Assembly: GCA_000146465.1 (NCBI GenBank)
Contig: CP001952.1
DNA: 64,000 bases
Direction: 5' to 3' (one strand)
In this document: positions 1-9,581 of the stretch, in pieces
Position numbering within the stretch: the first letter of the stretch is position 1
How the letters are laid out: every line of letters starts with the position of its first letter
Position numbers and translations under genes: made by a program
The notes under the pieces: generated by a model
Told to the model about the DNA's origin: nothing
The model's input: the letters and a program-made list of their open reading frames with translations, nothing else
Database searches by the model: none

Positions 1-384
1 ACACTCGACGGTTTCTTTGGTTATCTTCTCCTCTTCTTCGTACAATATTCCTATTCTGGATGTCCAGCATGGCTTAGGCGAGACAGACTTGAGATAATGC
101 TTGAAGTCATTTAGAGATCTTCTCCAGTCGAACTTGTAGATCTCTATAAGGAACTTGTGTGTATTATCGGGAACAGTGGTTTCAGAGAGGGTTACTTCAA
201 TCTCGGCATGCTGCATAGGTACTATCAGGCCCATGTTTGGTCTTACTATGTAGTCTCTGGGCTTGGTTGTTTTGATCTTGTATCCTACGCTTTCCATGGA
301 GTTGTTATGTACAATAAAAGTCGAGGACTTCTTGTTTCTTTTAACTCTAATCGTTGTTTGCGGTGTGACTTTGATGTCCAGCAT
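1..384 (-). CDS. VAP-family MSP-domain protein, partial (C-terminus runs off the 5' window edge)
   Basis: Manual minus-strand translation from the ATG at 384 to position 1 is open, with no stop. It reads MLDIKVTPQTTIRVKRNKKSSTFIVHNNSMESVGYKIKTTKPRDYIVRPNMGLIVPMQHAEIEVTL...THKFLIEIYKF, which matches the VAP/Scs2 MSP-domain pattern (FKVKTTAPRRYCVRPNSG). The ORF track missed it because the ORF is unterminated. Confidence 0.6.
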   Translation of the reverse strand, partial: MLDIKVTPQTTIRVKRNKKSSTFIVHNNSMESVGYKIKTTKPRDYIVRPNMGLIVPMQHAEIEVTLSETTVPDNTHKFLIEIYKFDWRRSLNDFKHYLKSVSPKPCWTSRIGILYEEEEKITKETVEC

Positions 385-422
385 TTCAAGGGGAATGTCT
401 ATTCCCTTTTAGTAACTATTCG

Positions 423-1088
423 TCATTGTTTATTGTAAAACTTGGCAAGTTCAGCGTATGAGGAGCTGAATATGGAAGATTGTGACCTCTCAACGGAAAA
501 GCAGTCATCGATAAAATGTCTTTTAGATAGGCATATTGGACATGCTTTATATATTGTATACTTCGACGTGTTTCCATTTAGTCTGTATCTTTTCCATGTT
601 CTACAGCAGTCTGCTATGCTATGACTTCCTGTGGGACAGGCTTTGCATATCTTCGATCCGTTTAGATCCTCAGGAAAAGAACAGTTCTTTGAGGAATGTC
701 CGAACCTTCTACACTTTGGGCAGTGTCTGTAGGGACAATAGGTTCTTTCGTGTCCTTCCCGACTGCATAGATCACATACATCCCTTTTAAGAGCCCTGGT
801 ACATTCCCTAAACTCATGCCCTGCCTCCCCACATTGGAAGCATTTTGTGGTATCGCAGAAATATCTCTGTCTTTTGTCTGTTGAGGAGCTTGTTGTTACC
901 ACCTTTTCTTCCATCTTTACATCTTCAAAATGGTAAGCCAGGCTTAGAATGTTGTATAGGGCGTTTGTATCTATTTTTCTTAAAGAAATATGTGGATCAA
1001 GTAAGTGAATATCTAGGTCCTCTAGCTCAACAGTCTTAGTTCCATTGACCTCTTTGGCATAGTCCAGTAGAGAATGTGCTCTCTTCAT
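423..1088 (-). CDS. CCHC zinc-knuckle protein, Air1/Air2 (TRAMP)-like
   Basis: Five consecutive CX2CX3-4HX4C knuckles (CFQCGEAGHEFREC, CDLCSREGHERTYC, CPKCRRFGHSSKNC, CKACPTGSHSIADC, CPICLSKRHFIDDC). Confidence 0.5.
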   Translation of the reverse strand: MKRAHSLLDYAKEVNGTKTVELEDLDIHLLDPHISLRKIDTNALYNILSLAYHFEDVKMEEKVVTTSSSTDKRQRYFCDTTKCFQCGEAGHEFRECTRALKRDVCDLCSREGHERTYCPYRHCPKCRRFGHSSKNCSFPEDLNGSKICKACPTGSHSIADCCRTWKRYRLNGNTSKYTIYKACPICLSKRHFIDDCFSVERSQSSIFSSSYAELAKFYNKQ

Positions 1089-1166
1089 TCCTCCCCCACT
1101 GCAGTAAACATTTATTTGTCACAAAAACCCAAGAAAAGAAAATTTATTGTGAGTATTTCGGCCTCT

Positions 1167-2120
1167 TTACTTCTTACGAGGTATCCCCATTTGTTTCTTC
1201 TTATATTCTGAATTGTTAATGAAATCGGTTGGCTTGAGGACCTGGAACGAGCATACAAGGTCCTTATCTACATCCATTATTGCTCCAGAGTTCTCAAACT
1301 CTCCACAGTAGTTTGGAGCGGAAAACACTGTGACCAAAGATCGGTTTGCAAAAAACTCGTATCCATCCTCTACTACTTGATGTGCCCTGCATATAAGGTC
1401 CAGGTTATGTGTCTCAAGAAACTTCTCCACAGTGTCGGGTCCAAATGTCACCGAAACCCCTCTATCGTTTTCTCCCCATCCTCTTACACCAGGGTCCGGA
1501 TCGCTCCAAAGAAGATCACAGAGAAGCCCTTCATCGGGAACATCGGTGGGTCTTGCAATCGCCTTGATCTGATCCATGTTCTTCAAGTCTGGCGAAATCC
1601 CTCCGTGCATACAGAGAATTCTTCCGTCAACAAGGGCAGATATAGGGATCCAATTGAAGCATTCCGTGAACACTTTCCATATTGTTGTGTTATATCTTCT
1701 CTTGCATTCATCGTAGAACCCATATATCCTATTGATACTGGCACATTCGTGATTTCCACGAAGAAGGAAAAAGTTGTTTGGAAACTTTATCTTGTATGCC
1801 AATAGCAGACAGATCGTCTCCAAAGACTGCTTTCCTCTATCGACATAATCTCCCAGAAACAGGTAGTTGCTGGAGGGTGGAAACCCCCCATGTTCAAACA
1901 ACTTCAAAAGATCATAATATTGCCCGTGAACATCTCCACAGATCTTGACTGGGGCCTTTACTTCAACCAGAGTAGGCTGCTGCTTGAACACCTCCGTCGA
2001 CTTTTCGCACAAGTATCTTATTTCTTCCTCCACAAGATGGACAAGCCTTCCTAGCTTACTGTTTCGAACAGAAAGAAGCTTCTCTATTATCCTGTCCAAG
2101 TCAACCTTTTCGTTACTCAT
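1167..2120 (-). CDS. GLC7: Ser/Thr protein phosphatase PP1 catalytic subunit
   Basis: [82 protein letters not shown] is near-identical to PP1 over its full length. Confidence 0.9.
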   Translation of the reverse strand: MSNEKVDLDRIIEKLLSVRNSKLGRLVHLVEEEIRYLCEKSTEVFKQQPTLVEVKAPVKICGDVHGQYYDLLKLFEHGGFPPSSNYLFLGDYVDRGKQSLETICLLLAYKIKFPNNFFLLRGNHECASINRIYGFYDECKRRYNTTIWKVFTECFNWIPISALVDGRILCMHGGISPDLKNMDQIKAIARPTDVPDEGLLCDLLWSDPDPGVRGWGENDRGVSVTFGPDTVEKFLETHNLDLICRAHQVVEDGYEFFANRSLVTVFSAPNYCGEFENSGAIMDVDKDLVCSFQVLKPTDFINNSEYKKKQMGIPRKK

Positions 2121-2224
2121 CCCCGTAACCCCTCTGAAAATTTTAAAAAAATCAATAGAATCCGCGGTGCCTTCAACTCTGGACTAATTCTAATGGAATT
2201 ATAAAGTTTATTTAAAGTCGAAGG

Positions 2225-3658
2225 CTAGTCGAGGCTCTTCAGCTCCCCCTTCAACTTATACTCCTTTAGGATTAAGTTTAATTCCTTTATAGATAATTCT
2301 TCTCCATCCTTCATCCTGTTCTTCAAACTCTCGATCTCCTTGAGAGTGTTCAACAGATCTTCCTTGCTGCTTTTCTTCGGTTTCTCATTAACTGTCTCCT
2401 CCTTCTTCTTGGGCATTCTGCTCTTGGAAGTTGTTTTTGTCATGAAGGTGTGGATGGAGGGGGGAACGTACTTCTTCTGCATCTCAATAATTAGCTTTTC
2501 GGGTTTTTCTATCTCGACAAACTCTTCCTTTTCCCCATAGGAGCAGGCCGAAAACAAAGACTCAAACTTCCTTTCGTCTATCTTTCTTCCGTAGTAGTCG
2601 TAGAGAGTTATTTTGTTATCTTCTTGGAAGTAGCTTGTTGTCGAGACACAGAAATATGATCCATTTTCCTTCCAGTCGATCAAAGATGCTCCAAGCACAT
2701 TGAACTTTGCTATAGGCTTCCTTGAAGGCACATGGAAAACCTCTATGTCTCCAGAGAGATTATCGAAGCCTGCAAACACTGCAATGTTTTCATGCTGGTT
2801 GAAGAACATTCTGTTTCTGATACCTTCTGGGAAGTTGTATCCAGGCTTGCCATCAAGCCTGTGAACAGAAACACTGCTAGGCTGAGGCCCATGGCACACT
2901 GCAAATCCATTAGAGAGAAAGACATAGGAATGGACTGGCGAATATCCAAGACTTTTGAAGGTGCATGCGGCAGTATCATGGAAATACAGGTCAGACTCGG
3001 GGAAGTAGCTGTTGTTCACATAGGATGTCATTAGAAGAAGCAGTATGTATCTGTTTGATGCATGGGCCTTCAAAGAGAAGCCTTGCAGCTCCTTTAAGCT
3101 ATGAAGAACCTCTACCGAATCTTTTCCCATCCGAAGGAGCTTGTGCATTCCATCCTTCTCAAGCTTTTTTGTGGCAAGAAAAACAAACTCTCCGGAAATA
3201 AGGAACTCTAGAATCGAAATCCTGGAAGTATGGAAAGGAGACTCCTCTATCCCATCTTCTCCGATCCGATGAATGAAAAATGATGCCCCCGATATATATG
3301 CAAGCAGGGAATTAGAAATCCTGAACTTGGATACATTCTCCACTCTCAGCATGATGCCATTCTTTCCAAGCACAACCATCTCTCCTTTTCCATTAAGTAT
3401 TCCTACGTTATTTCCGTTTTCAGACGCCTCTATTTCCCTAGGCCTATTTATCTCCATCTCCAGAATCATCTTCTTATTCTTGAGATCATAGTACCTTACT
3501 TGATTGTTCTTAGCCCATGCCACCTTGTTTGACTTCAGAGAGTAGTAATCGCACTCGACCCAGGATGCTCCTTCAGCAAACACATCAAAAGTTAGTCCAT
3601 TTTCACTATGAGCTACAATAGGCATTAGGGGCTTAAGGATGGAGACTGAATCATTCAA
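2225..3658 (-). CDS. translation initiation factor eIF2A (beta-propeller plus C-terminal coiled coil)
   Basis: HENIAVFAGFDNLSGDIEVFHV matches the eIF2A HGHILVLAGFGNLRGQMEVWDV block, and the lysine-rich coiled-coil tail (KEIESLKNRMK...LKGELKSLD) resembles the eIF2A C-terminus. Confidence 0.55.
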   Translation of the reverse strand: MNDSVSILKPLMPIVAHSENGLTFDVFAEGASWVECDYYSLKSNKVAWAKNNQVRYYDLKNKKMILEMEINRPREIEASENGNNVGILNGKGEMVVLGKNGIMLRVENVSKFRISNSLLAYISGASFFIHRIGEDGIEESPFHTSRISILEFLISGEFVFLATKKLEKDGMHKLLRMGKDSVEVLHSLKELQGFSLKAHASNRYILLLLMTSYVNNSYFPESDLYFHDTAACTFKSLGYSPVHSYVFLSNGFAVCHGPQPSSVSVHRLDGKPGYNFPEGIRNRMFFNQHENIAVFAGFDNLSGDIEVFHVPSRKPIAKFNVLGASLIDWKENGSYFCVSTTSYFQEDNKITLYDYYGRKIDERKFESLFSACSYGEKEEFVEIEKPEKLIIEMQKKYVPPSIHTFMTKTTSKSRMPKKKEETVNEKPKKSSKEDLLNTLKEIESLKNRMKDGEELSIKELNLILKEYKLKGELKSLD

Positions 3659-3730
3659 AGCCGTGGGTAATTACAATTCCTTGAAAGAAAGGAGAGCTTT
3701 TCAAGAGGAAATAACATGAAGAAAAGCTGT

Positions 3731-4738
3731 TTAATTCATTATATCTTTTGACATTCCAATATATAACTCCTTGGAAGGGGGAGTTTCGGAATCCAGGACT
3801 TCCAGATATCTTTTGATCGGCACCTCGGGCCAGTTTCTAACTCTGCCCAGTAATTTTTTGGAAGGAAAACGCCCATTCTTACACAAGGTAAGAATTCGAA
3901 GAAGTATCATCTTTGGAGAAAACAGAGGAATTTCTTCGGCCTTGATCCCAAAGTCGCTGTTATAGACCTTTTCGATCCATAAGCATTCGTTTCCCTTCAT
4001 CATTTCTTCTGGTGTACCGGATCCCGGGAAGTTCTTCTGGAAATGTAGTGGATTCGAAAATCTTGATATGGCACCGGTATTAAATTCGACTGTTTCCCTC
4101 TGGTTTCTCAGAAGCACATTAGCATTCGCATCTTCTCCCTTAACATTCTTCAGCTGCTCCTCTACAATTGTTCCCACCATCTCTCGCCTTTCCAATTGAT
4201 TTGAAAGAAAGTTTACAAATGTCTCTTCCTTCGAAAGGTTTTCAAAGGACAGGTTAAATATGAAGTCTACCCGGCTTTCATTCTGACTAAAGTGATATCT
4301 TGTTAAGTCCTCAAACTCCACAAGGTCGTCCTTTTTTCTGAGCTGGAATTTGTTTCCAAACGTATATTGGTTCTTGTCGGCCAATATTGCCAAGCTTTTC
4401 ATAGCTTGAAGGTTGATCACAATCTCATCATCCTTCTTAATTTCAGAAAGCACTTTGTAAGCCGTGTTGTAATATCCCAGATAGTATAGACATTGAGAAG
4501 CAAGAACCTTGCTCCCTTCGGTATCCAAGTACCTCAAAATCCTCAATGCTTTTTTGTATTTCTTCAACTTGTACAATGCATAAGCTCTCTCAAAAGATCT
4601 CTTCTCCGCATACTTCAAAGCCTCTCCAAACTTCCCCATGTTTATGTATGCAACTGCCCTGAATCGGTTGAACTCCGGGTGATCCAAACGAGATATCTCT
4701 TCATGCGAGTTACTTCTCACCAGGTCGTACAAATTCAT
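3731..4738 (-). CDS. TPR-like protein, signal recognition particle SRP72-like
   Basis: SFERAYALYKLKKYKKALRIL matches SRP72 SFEKAYCEYRLNRIENALKTI. The N-terminal half is TPR-like, and the C-terminus has a basic RNWPEVPIKRY segment. Confidence 0.45.
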   Translation of the reverse strand: MNLYDLVRSNSHEEISRLDHPEFNRFRAVAYINMGKFGEALKYAEKRSFERAYALYKLKKYKKALRILRYLDTEGSKVLASQCLYYLGYYNTAYKVLSEIKKDDEIVINLQAMKSLAILADKNQYTFGNKFQLRKKDDLVEFEDLTRYHFSQNESRVDFIFNLSFENLSKEETFVNFLSNQLERREMVGTIVEEQLKNVKGEDANANVLLRNQRETVEFNTGAISRFSNPLHFQKNFPGSGTPEEMMKGNECLWIEKVYNSDFGIKAEEIPLFSPKMILLRILTLCKNGRFPSKKLLGRVRNWPEVPIKRYLEVLDSETPPSKELYIGMSKDIMN

Positions 4739-4900
4739 TAGGGTGGCTCGCCCATGGAATTTTACCTTTCAAGGGGGTTTCTCGGCTTGTTGAGACACAG
4801 GGCATTATTCTTCATATCTTGGCAAACGGTATTTTATAGTCTCAGATGCCAAGGACAATTTATTTAATCTTCTTTATCGATTGTTTACAAAACAAGGGAG

Positions 4901-5941
4901 ATGGTTCATGCCAAGGAACAGATTAAAGCTGTGATTCTTGTGGGTGGATATGGAACCAGATTGAGACCTCTGACGTACACACTTCCAAAACCCCTTGTAC
5001 CCTTTGCCAACAAGCCGATTCTAAGGCATCAGGTGGAAGCTTTAGTCAAAGCAGGCATCAAGGAGATAATCTTGGCTCTCAATTATTACTCCGAAGTTAT
5101 AATAAGGGAAGTCCGGGACTATTCAAACGAATTTGGTATCAACATTATCTATTCCAAAGAACAGGAACCTCTTGGAACAGCTGGTCCCTTGGCCCTTGCA
5201 AGGAAGTATCTTGAAGGCCATACCTTTTTCGTTCTCAACTCAGATATAACATGCAAGTTTCCTCTATCAGAGATGCTTTCATTTCATCGCTCTCATGGAA
5301 AAGAAGGAACTATTCTCTCGACAAGAGTGGACGATCCGAGTAGATATGGACTCGTCATCACCGAGGAGGGTACAAGCGTTGTGGAGACCTTTCTTGAAAA
5401 GCCCAAGGATGCCGTTTCAAACAGGATCAATGCAGGAATATACATACTAAACTCCTCTGTACTAGATAGAGTGGAGCTGAGGGAATGTTCTATCGAAAGG
5501 GAGATCTTTCCAGAAATGGCCAAGGAACGGCAACTTCAAGTATTTGATCTTGAGGGATTCTGGATGGACATAGGCCAGCCTGCAGATTATATTAGAGGAC
5601 AAGGAATGTACTTGAAACATTATAGGGAAGCAAATGTAGATGAGCATTCTGAAGACGGAAGAACGTTCTGTGTCGAGAACAATGTTGTTATAGGGAGGAA
5701 TGTGAAGATAGGAAAGAATGTCACCATCTCAAACAGTGCAATCTTCGACAATGTGGAAATAGGAGACAATGTGACAATAAGAGATAGTATTGTGGGATGG
5801 AATACAAAGATAGAAGATAATGCAACTGTAAACACATGCTGTGTTTTGGGATATGCAACGACTGTTGAAAGGTTTGCCATCTTAAGTTCTGTTAAGACAT
5901 TTCCAAATGAATCTCCATTCAAGTTACTCGAGGATATCTAG
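4901..5941 (+). CDS. PSA1: mannose-1-phosphate guanylyltransferase (GDP-mannose pyrophosphorylase)
   Basis: ILVGGYGTRLRPLTYTLPKPLVPFANKPIL, GTAGPL and FWMDIGQPADY, followed by C-terminal hexapeptide (left-handed beta-helix) repeats. Colinear with yeast Psa1. Confidence 0.85.
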   Translation: MVHAKEQIKAVILVGGYGTRLRPLTYTLPKPLVPFANKPILRHQVEALVKAGIKEIILALNYYSEVIIREVRDYSNEFGINIIYSKEQEPLGTAGPLALARKYLEGHTFFVLNSDITCKFPLSEMLSFHRSHGKEGTILSTRVDDPSRYGLVITEEGTSVVETFLEKPKDAVSNRINAGIYILNSSVLDRVELRECSIEREIFPEMAKERQLQVFDLEGFWMDIGQPADYIRGQGMYLKHYREANVDEHSEDGRTFCVENNVVIGRNVKIGKNVTISNSAIFDNVEIGDNVTIRDSIVGWNTKIEDNATVNTCCVLGYATTVERFAILSSVKTFPNESPFKLLEDI

Positions 5942-5971
5942 AATTGTTTTTAGGCCAGATGTGTGAATAAA

Positions 5972-6376
5972 TCAAAATTGGATTCTTTTATTCTTTGTAG
6001 AAAGAACTTTTTGCTCCTTTCCAGATGGATTCTTCTCTCTAGATTGGAACTCCTCCAAGAAACTTGGGCTTGTACCCGACAGAACGGTGTAAGCAGCGAG
6101 TATCTTCGATTGTATATATGGAGAACCACCTCTTTCCTTAGAGTTGGCCTCATGCATCCTTAGAAATGAATCCTTCATTTTGTTCTTGTTTGCACATGCC
6201 GTGACATCCAGAATCATCTCTGCTTCCGTCTTAGACATCCGATCTCGAAGCATAATATCTGAAATTGTATTTGTGATGGCCTTGAAGAGCACCTTACTAC
6301 CCTCCTCAAAAAGAACCACCAAAGCCTTTCCTGCCTTCATAGGGGTGTTTCCTCTGTACCTTTCCTTATATTTCAA
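5972..6376 (-). CDS. PAM16: mitochondrial/mitosomal import motor subunit Pam16 (TIM16/Magmas)
   Basis: EAEMILDVTAC...FLRMHEANSKERGGSPYIQSKI matches the Magmas core EAQQILNVSK...LFKVNDKSVGGSFYLQSKV. The ATG at 6376 overlaps the upstream gene by 11 nt, so M13 (MKAGK, about 6340) is an alternative start. Confidence 0.6.
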   Translation of the reverse strand: MKYKERYRGNTPMKAGKALVVLFEEGSKVLFKAITNTISDIMLRDRMSKTEAEMILDVTACANKNKMKDSFLRMHEANSKERGGSPYIQSKILAAYTVLSGTSPSFLEEFQSREKNPSGKEQKVLSTKNKRIQF

Positions 6377-7346
6377 TGCAGTCTGCCATCTCCTTATATG
6401 TTACTCCGCTGAAGAGATACTCAAAGCAGATATTCTCTGTTTCCTCCTCTTTAGGAATTTCCTGGCACCGGGGTTCTTTGGAAATCCATCTATGCCCAGG
6501 AATTGCTAAGGATTCCTCTAAGTTTATGTATTTTCCAACTATGGCTTCCATTCCATTTCTATTGTTGGTGGCAATGAGTTGCTGAAGCTTCTTCTTTTCA
6601 GACATGAAGTCTATGAAATGAATTAGGAAGTTGAAAGAACTTTCAACCTTTAAACGTGGATTTAGAGCAATCCAAGCATCTTCATCCCTTATCCATATGC
6701 TAAATGTGGCCTCTTTATGTAGAAGGACTGGCTGGCCTTTCACATCAAAGGATTTGTTTTCCTTTTTACGGATAAGCTCTTCTATGAATAATTTAAACAC
6801 CTCAAAAGCAAGAAACGACAAGCTTCTGTCCCTGCTTCCAAAGAAGGTTATGAAGTACTCTAGATTATGAAACATTGCTGTACGGACCATAAGAACCATC
6901 TGCTTTCTAGCAAGGCTTCTTTTTTTTAGCCCAAGGAACTCCACAACCCAGTTTCTTCTGGATTTCATCAAATCAAAAAAGCTCTTGCATTCGTAATGAG
7001 GCTTGTACAGCAACTTCTGCAAGGCCAAATCAAATAAATGTAAATCCAACTTGGAGATCAGTGGGAACATGTACTCCCGCAGATATAAACTTTTAAAGTG
7101 TCTTCTAAGCAATGATTCAGGTATCTTTGGTGGTATGTCAAGACAGTAAAGGAGACGATAAGTTATGGAAAGAAGCTGGGTGTTTTTGAACATGGCCAGA
7201 GCTTTTACAAGCACCTTAGACACTTCGCAATGACTGGAGGGCTCATTCTTCAAGTAGTTTCTAAAGCAAGTAAAGAACTTCTCATAGTCTGACGGATCAG
7301 TATGATCCTCCTTAATTTCAAGGAAGTTCCTCGCCCAGTGGTCCAT
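6366..7346 (-). CDS. hypothetical protein (326 aa, no recognisable domain)
   Basis: Long uninterrupted ORF whose boundaries fit the neighbouring genes. No family recognised by eye. Confidence 0.4.
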   Translation of the reverse strand: MDHWARNFLEIKEDHTDPSDYEKFFTCFRNYLKNEPSSHCEVSKVLVKALAMFKNTQLLSITYRLLYCLDIPPKIPESLLRRHFKSLYLREYMFPLISKLDLHLFDLALQKLLYKPHYECKSFFDLMKSRRNWVVEFLGLKKRSLARKQMVLMVRTAMFHNLEYFITFFGSRDRSLSFLAFEVFKLFIEELIRKKENKSFDVKGQPVLLHKEATFSIWIRDEDAWIALNPRLKVESSFNFLIHFIDFMSEKKKLQQLIATNNRNGMEAIVGKYINLEESLAIPGHRWISKEPRCQEIPKEEETENICFEYLFSGVTYKEMADCIEI

Positions 7347-7414
7347 AGAAGTATAACTATTGTTAAGGGCTTTCCCAGGGCTGAATTAGTAGGGCTTCCC
7401 TAAGACATCTTGAT

Positions 7415-7834
7415 GTGTCTTGCCCCGTGGAGAGTCTGCAGAAAAAATTTTCAGGGAAGGGTCCCCTTGAAATGGATGTTGAGATGAAAAAACAAGACAT
7501 AGATGTAACAGTCTCCATGGAGACTATGAAGGTCTGCATAGATATGGCAAGCCTCGAGGAAAAGAGAATCAACAAGGTGTGCAGAGAGTTCTACGAGTAT
7601 GGGAAGACATTCATTGACAATCTGGAGCGCGAGACAGTTTTGCCTAAAAAGATTGAAAGCATCACGACCTTAAGAAACCCGTCCGGACAAGGTACAAAGA
7701 AATGGAGCCGATATAAAATGATTGTCCACCTTAGGAACTTCTATCTCGAGGCCACACATCAGCAGCTGGAAAAGGTGGTCCAGTTCCTCAGGAACTTTCC
7801 GCATGTTGAAATTAACCTAAGCATTCAGAATTAA
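7415..7834 (+). CDS. hypothetical protein (139 aa)
   Basis: ORF fills the gap between flanking genes. No family recognised. Confidence 0.35.
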   Translation: MSCPVESLQKKFSGKGPLEMDVEMKKQDIDVTVSMETMKVCIDMASLEEKRINKVCREFYEYGKTFIDNLERETVLPKKIESITTLRNPSGQGTKKWSRYKMIVHLRNFYLEATHQQLEKVVQFLRNFPHVEINLSIQN

Positions 7835-7910
7835 AGTTCGTTGAGTTACGCTATTAAGATTTTATTGGTCGCAAGGCCATGTATCTAAAGGCCCCCCTTC
7901 CAGATCATCT

Positions 7911-8351
7911 TCATTCCTCATTCCCATCATAATGGTCATCTTCAAAGGATTTCTCAAACTGGAGCTTTGCATTTTGAAAGAGCTTGATTTGCTGGTTGTG
8001 GAGCTCTTCCATGGACAGCCCAGAGTCCTTGAATTTATCGATTTTCGACGGTTTCTGCTTGATATAATTCTCATAGTTCCCATGCTCCTTCATGCAGCTA
8101 TCGACGTAGTCTTCAAACCCAAGGTTTTTCAGAGCCTTGTAGATATGTTCATAACTGATTGTCTTCTTCTTTTCTTCCTCACAAGCTTTGTTTGCTTCCA
8201 GTGTTAACATATTCAAGAAATAGATGCACGCATTCTGGAAAATCTCCTTGGATTCCTTTGGGACAATGGAGTTCTTGGGAAGCATAGATGACACCATCTT
8301 GTCCACTGTAGCTTTTGGTAGTGTGTTTTCATCATCGTTCCTTTCCATATT
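7911..8351 (-). CDS. NC2-beta / Dr1 histone-fold transcription regulator
   Basis: LPKATVDKMVSSMLPKNSIVPKESKEIFQNACIYFLNMLTLEANKACEEEKKKTISYEHIYKALKNLGFEDY aligns with human Dr1 IPRAAINKMIKETLP...SEANEICNKSEKKTISPEHVIQALESLGFGSY. The start is placed at MERNDDENTLP, which matches the Dr1 N-terminus. The ORF itself extends to 8492. Confidence 0.7.
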   Translation of the reverse strand, partial: NMERNDDENTLPKATVDKMVSSMLPKNSIVPKESKEIFQNACIYFLNMLTLEANKACEEEKKKTISYEHIYKALKNLGFEDYVDSCMKEHGNYENYIKQKPSKIDKFKDSGLSMEELHNQQIKLFQNAKLQFEKSFEDDHYDGNEE

Positions 8352-8439
8352 TATACCTCGATTCCCTTGCTTAGGATGATATTTATGGTTTTGGAATAAG
8401 TTTGTTTTGTAGGAAATAAATGCGGTTCTGGAAAGAGGA

Positions 8440-8868
8440 ATGCTTTTGAATATTTCCAATCTGTTTATGCATAATATGGACACCGAATTCATAAGCGGAG
8501 TTGTTGTCTCCTACACCAAGCTTCTAAGAGAGATAAGCAATATGAAGAAGGAAATCAAAGAGGTTTTGGGAACTGCCCAGGCTGTTTTATCACTTATAAG
8601 CGCATGCCATTCCACAGAAGCATCTTGCAGATCTTCCGGTTGTAGATGTTCACACAGCCTAGCAGAAGCTGGAGAGAAAATAGGCTTAGGATCCTACAAA
8701 AGAACACTTAAGAGCCCCAAGAAGCCTCTAACAGGGAAGAAAGAACCCAGTCGTCGCAAAGGGACAGGTAAGAATAGTTCATTAATAACAGACAGCCATC
8801 CTAGTTTCTTTGAGGAGGTTGGAGGTGAGGTATGCAGCCCACAGAAAGAAGGGGATTCATCTTGTTGA
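8440..8868 (+). CDS. hypothetical protein (142 aa, basic/Ser-rich C-terminus)
   Basis: ORF only. It contains an in-frame intron-like segment at 8768..8791 (see findings). Confidence 0.3.
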   Translation: MLLNISNLFMHNMDTEFISGVVVSYTKLLREISNMKKEIKEVLGTAQAVLSLISACHSTEASCRSSGCRCSHSLAEAGEKIGLGSYKRTLKSPKKPLTGKKEPSRRKGTGKNSSLITDSHPSFFEEVGGEVCSPQKEGDSSC

Positions 8869-8928
8869 ACCGGAAGTTTGGCTCAAAAGTGATTATATCA
8901 TTCTAAATTCCTTGTATTATCTTGCCCC

Positions 8929-9519
8929 ATGACCGAGATCCAAACCAGATCGGTTCCTATCCATCCCAAGAAGATGAGAGGGATGAAGGAAGAATGGATG
9001 AAAATCTATACACCAATAGTCGAAATATGCAAGATCCAAATCCGCATGAACATCAAAGGAAGATGTGTGGAAATGAGAACTTGCGATCATACCGAGGATT
9101 CCTCCTACTTAGAGAGGTCTGCGCAATACATTAATGCGGTGAACATCGGATTTCCTATTGAAGATGCAATTGCAATATTGAAGTTTGCCGACGTGTTTCT
9201 AGATCATTTTGAGATCTCAGAGGTAAAGACGCTGAGGGGGCTACATATTGAAAGAGCCATTGGAAGAATCATAGGAAGAGAAGGGAAGACAAAAAGCGCC
9301 ATAGAAGAGTTCAGTAGATCGAAAATTATTGTCCAAGACCAAACAATACATTTTCTTGGGACGATCGAAAACATAAGAATAGCAAAGGATGCAGTGTGCA
9401 GGCTAATAATGGGGTCTCAACCGGGAAGTATCTTCAACAGACTCCGGATTATTAACTCGAGACTTAAGGAGAAGTATGGAGGGATCCAGACGGTATATAG
9501 TGAGTTTGAGAAGAGATAG
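8929..9519 (+). CDS. PNO1: KH-domain pre-rRNA processing protein PNO1/Dim2
   Basis: EEWMKIYTPIVEICKIQIRMNIKGRCVEMRT and IGRIIGREGKTKSAIEEFSRSKIIVQDQTIHFLGTIENIRIAKDAVCRLIMGSQPGSIFNRLR match the PNO1 KH-KH core. Confidence 0.7.
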   Translation: MTEIQTRSVPIHPKKMRGMKEEWMKIYTPIVEICKIQIRMNIKGRCVEMRTCDHTEDSSYLERSAQYINAVNIGFPIEDAIAILKFADVFLDHFEISEVKTLRGLHIERAIGRIIGREGKTKSAIEEFSRSKIIVQDQTIHFLGTIENIRIAKDAVCRLIMGSQPGSIFNRLRIINSRLKEKYGGIQTVYSEFEKR

Positions 9520-9581
9520 GGCGATATACGAAAATAAACGTTTGGACACTTTTATTATTTTTGCAGGAGATTAAACCCTAG

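Noticed and set aside
157-438. 93-aa plus-strand ORF at the window start
   Set aside because: It is antisense to the clearly conserved MSP/VAP coding sequence on the minus strand.
1001-1006. Plus-strand GTAAGT within the zinc-knuckle gene region
   Set aside because: It is on the non-coding strand of a minus-strand gene, and no plus-strand gene is present there.
9500-9566. GTGAGT...TTTATTATTTTTGCAG intron-like segment just upstream of the EXO1 ATG
   Set aside because: The PNO1 ORF reaches its natural C-terminus and stop inside it. EXO1 starts with the canonical MGISGLLP N-terminus right after it. It does not match the GTAAGTG/TTAATTT intron pattern used elsewhere.
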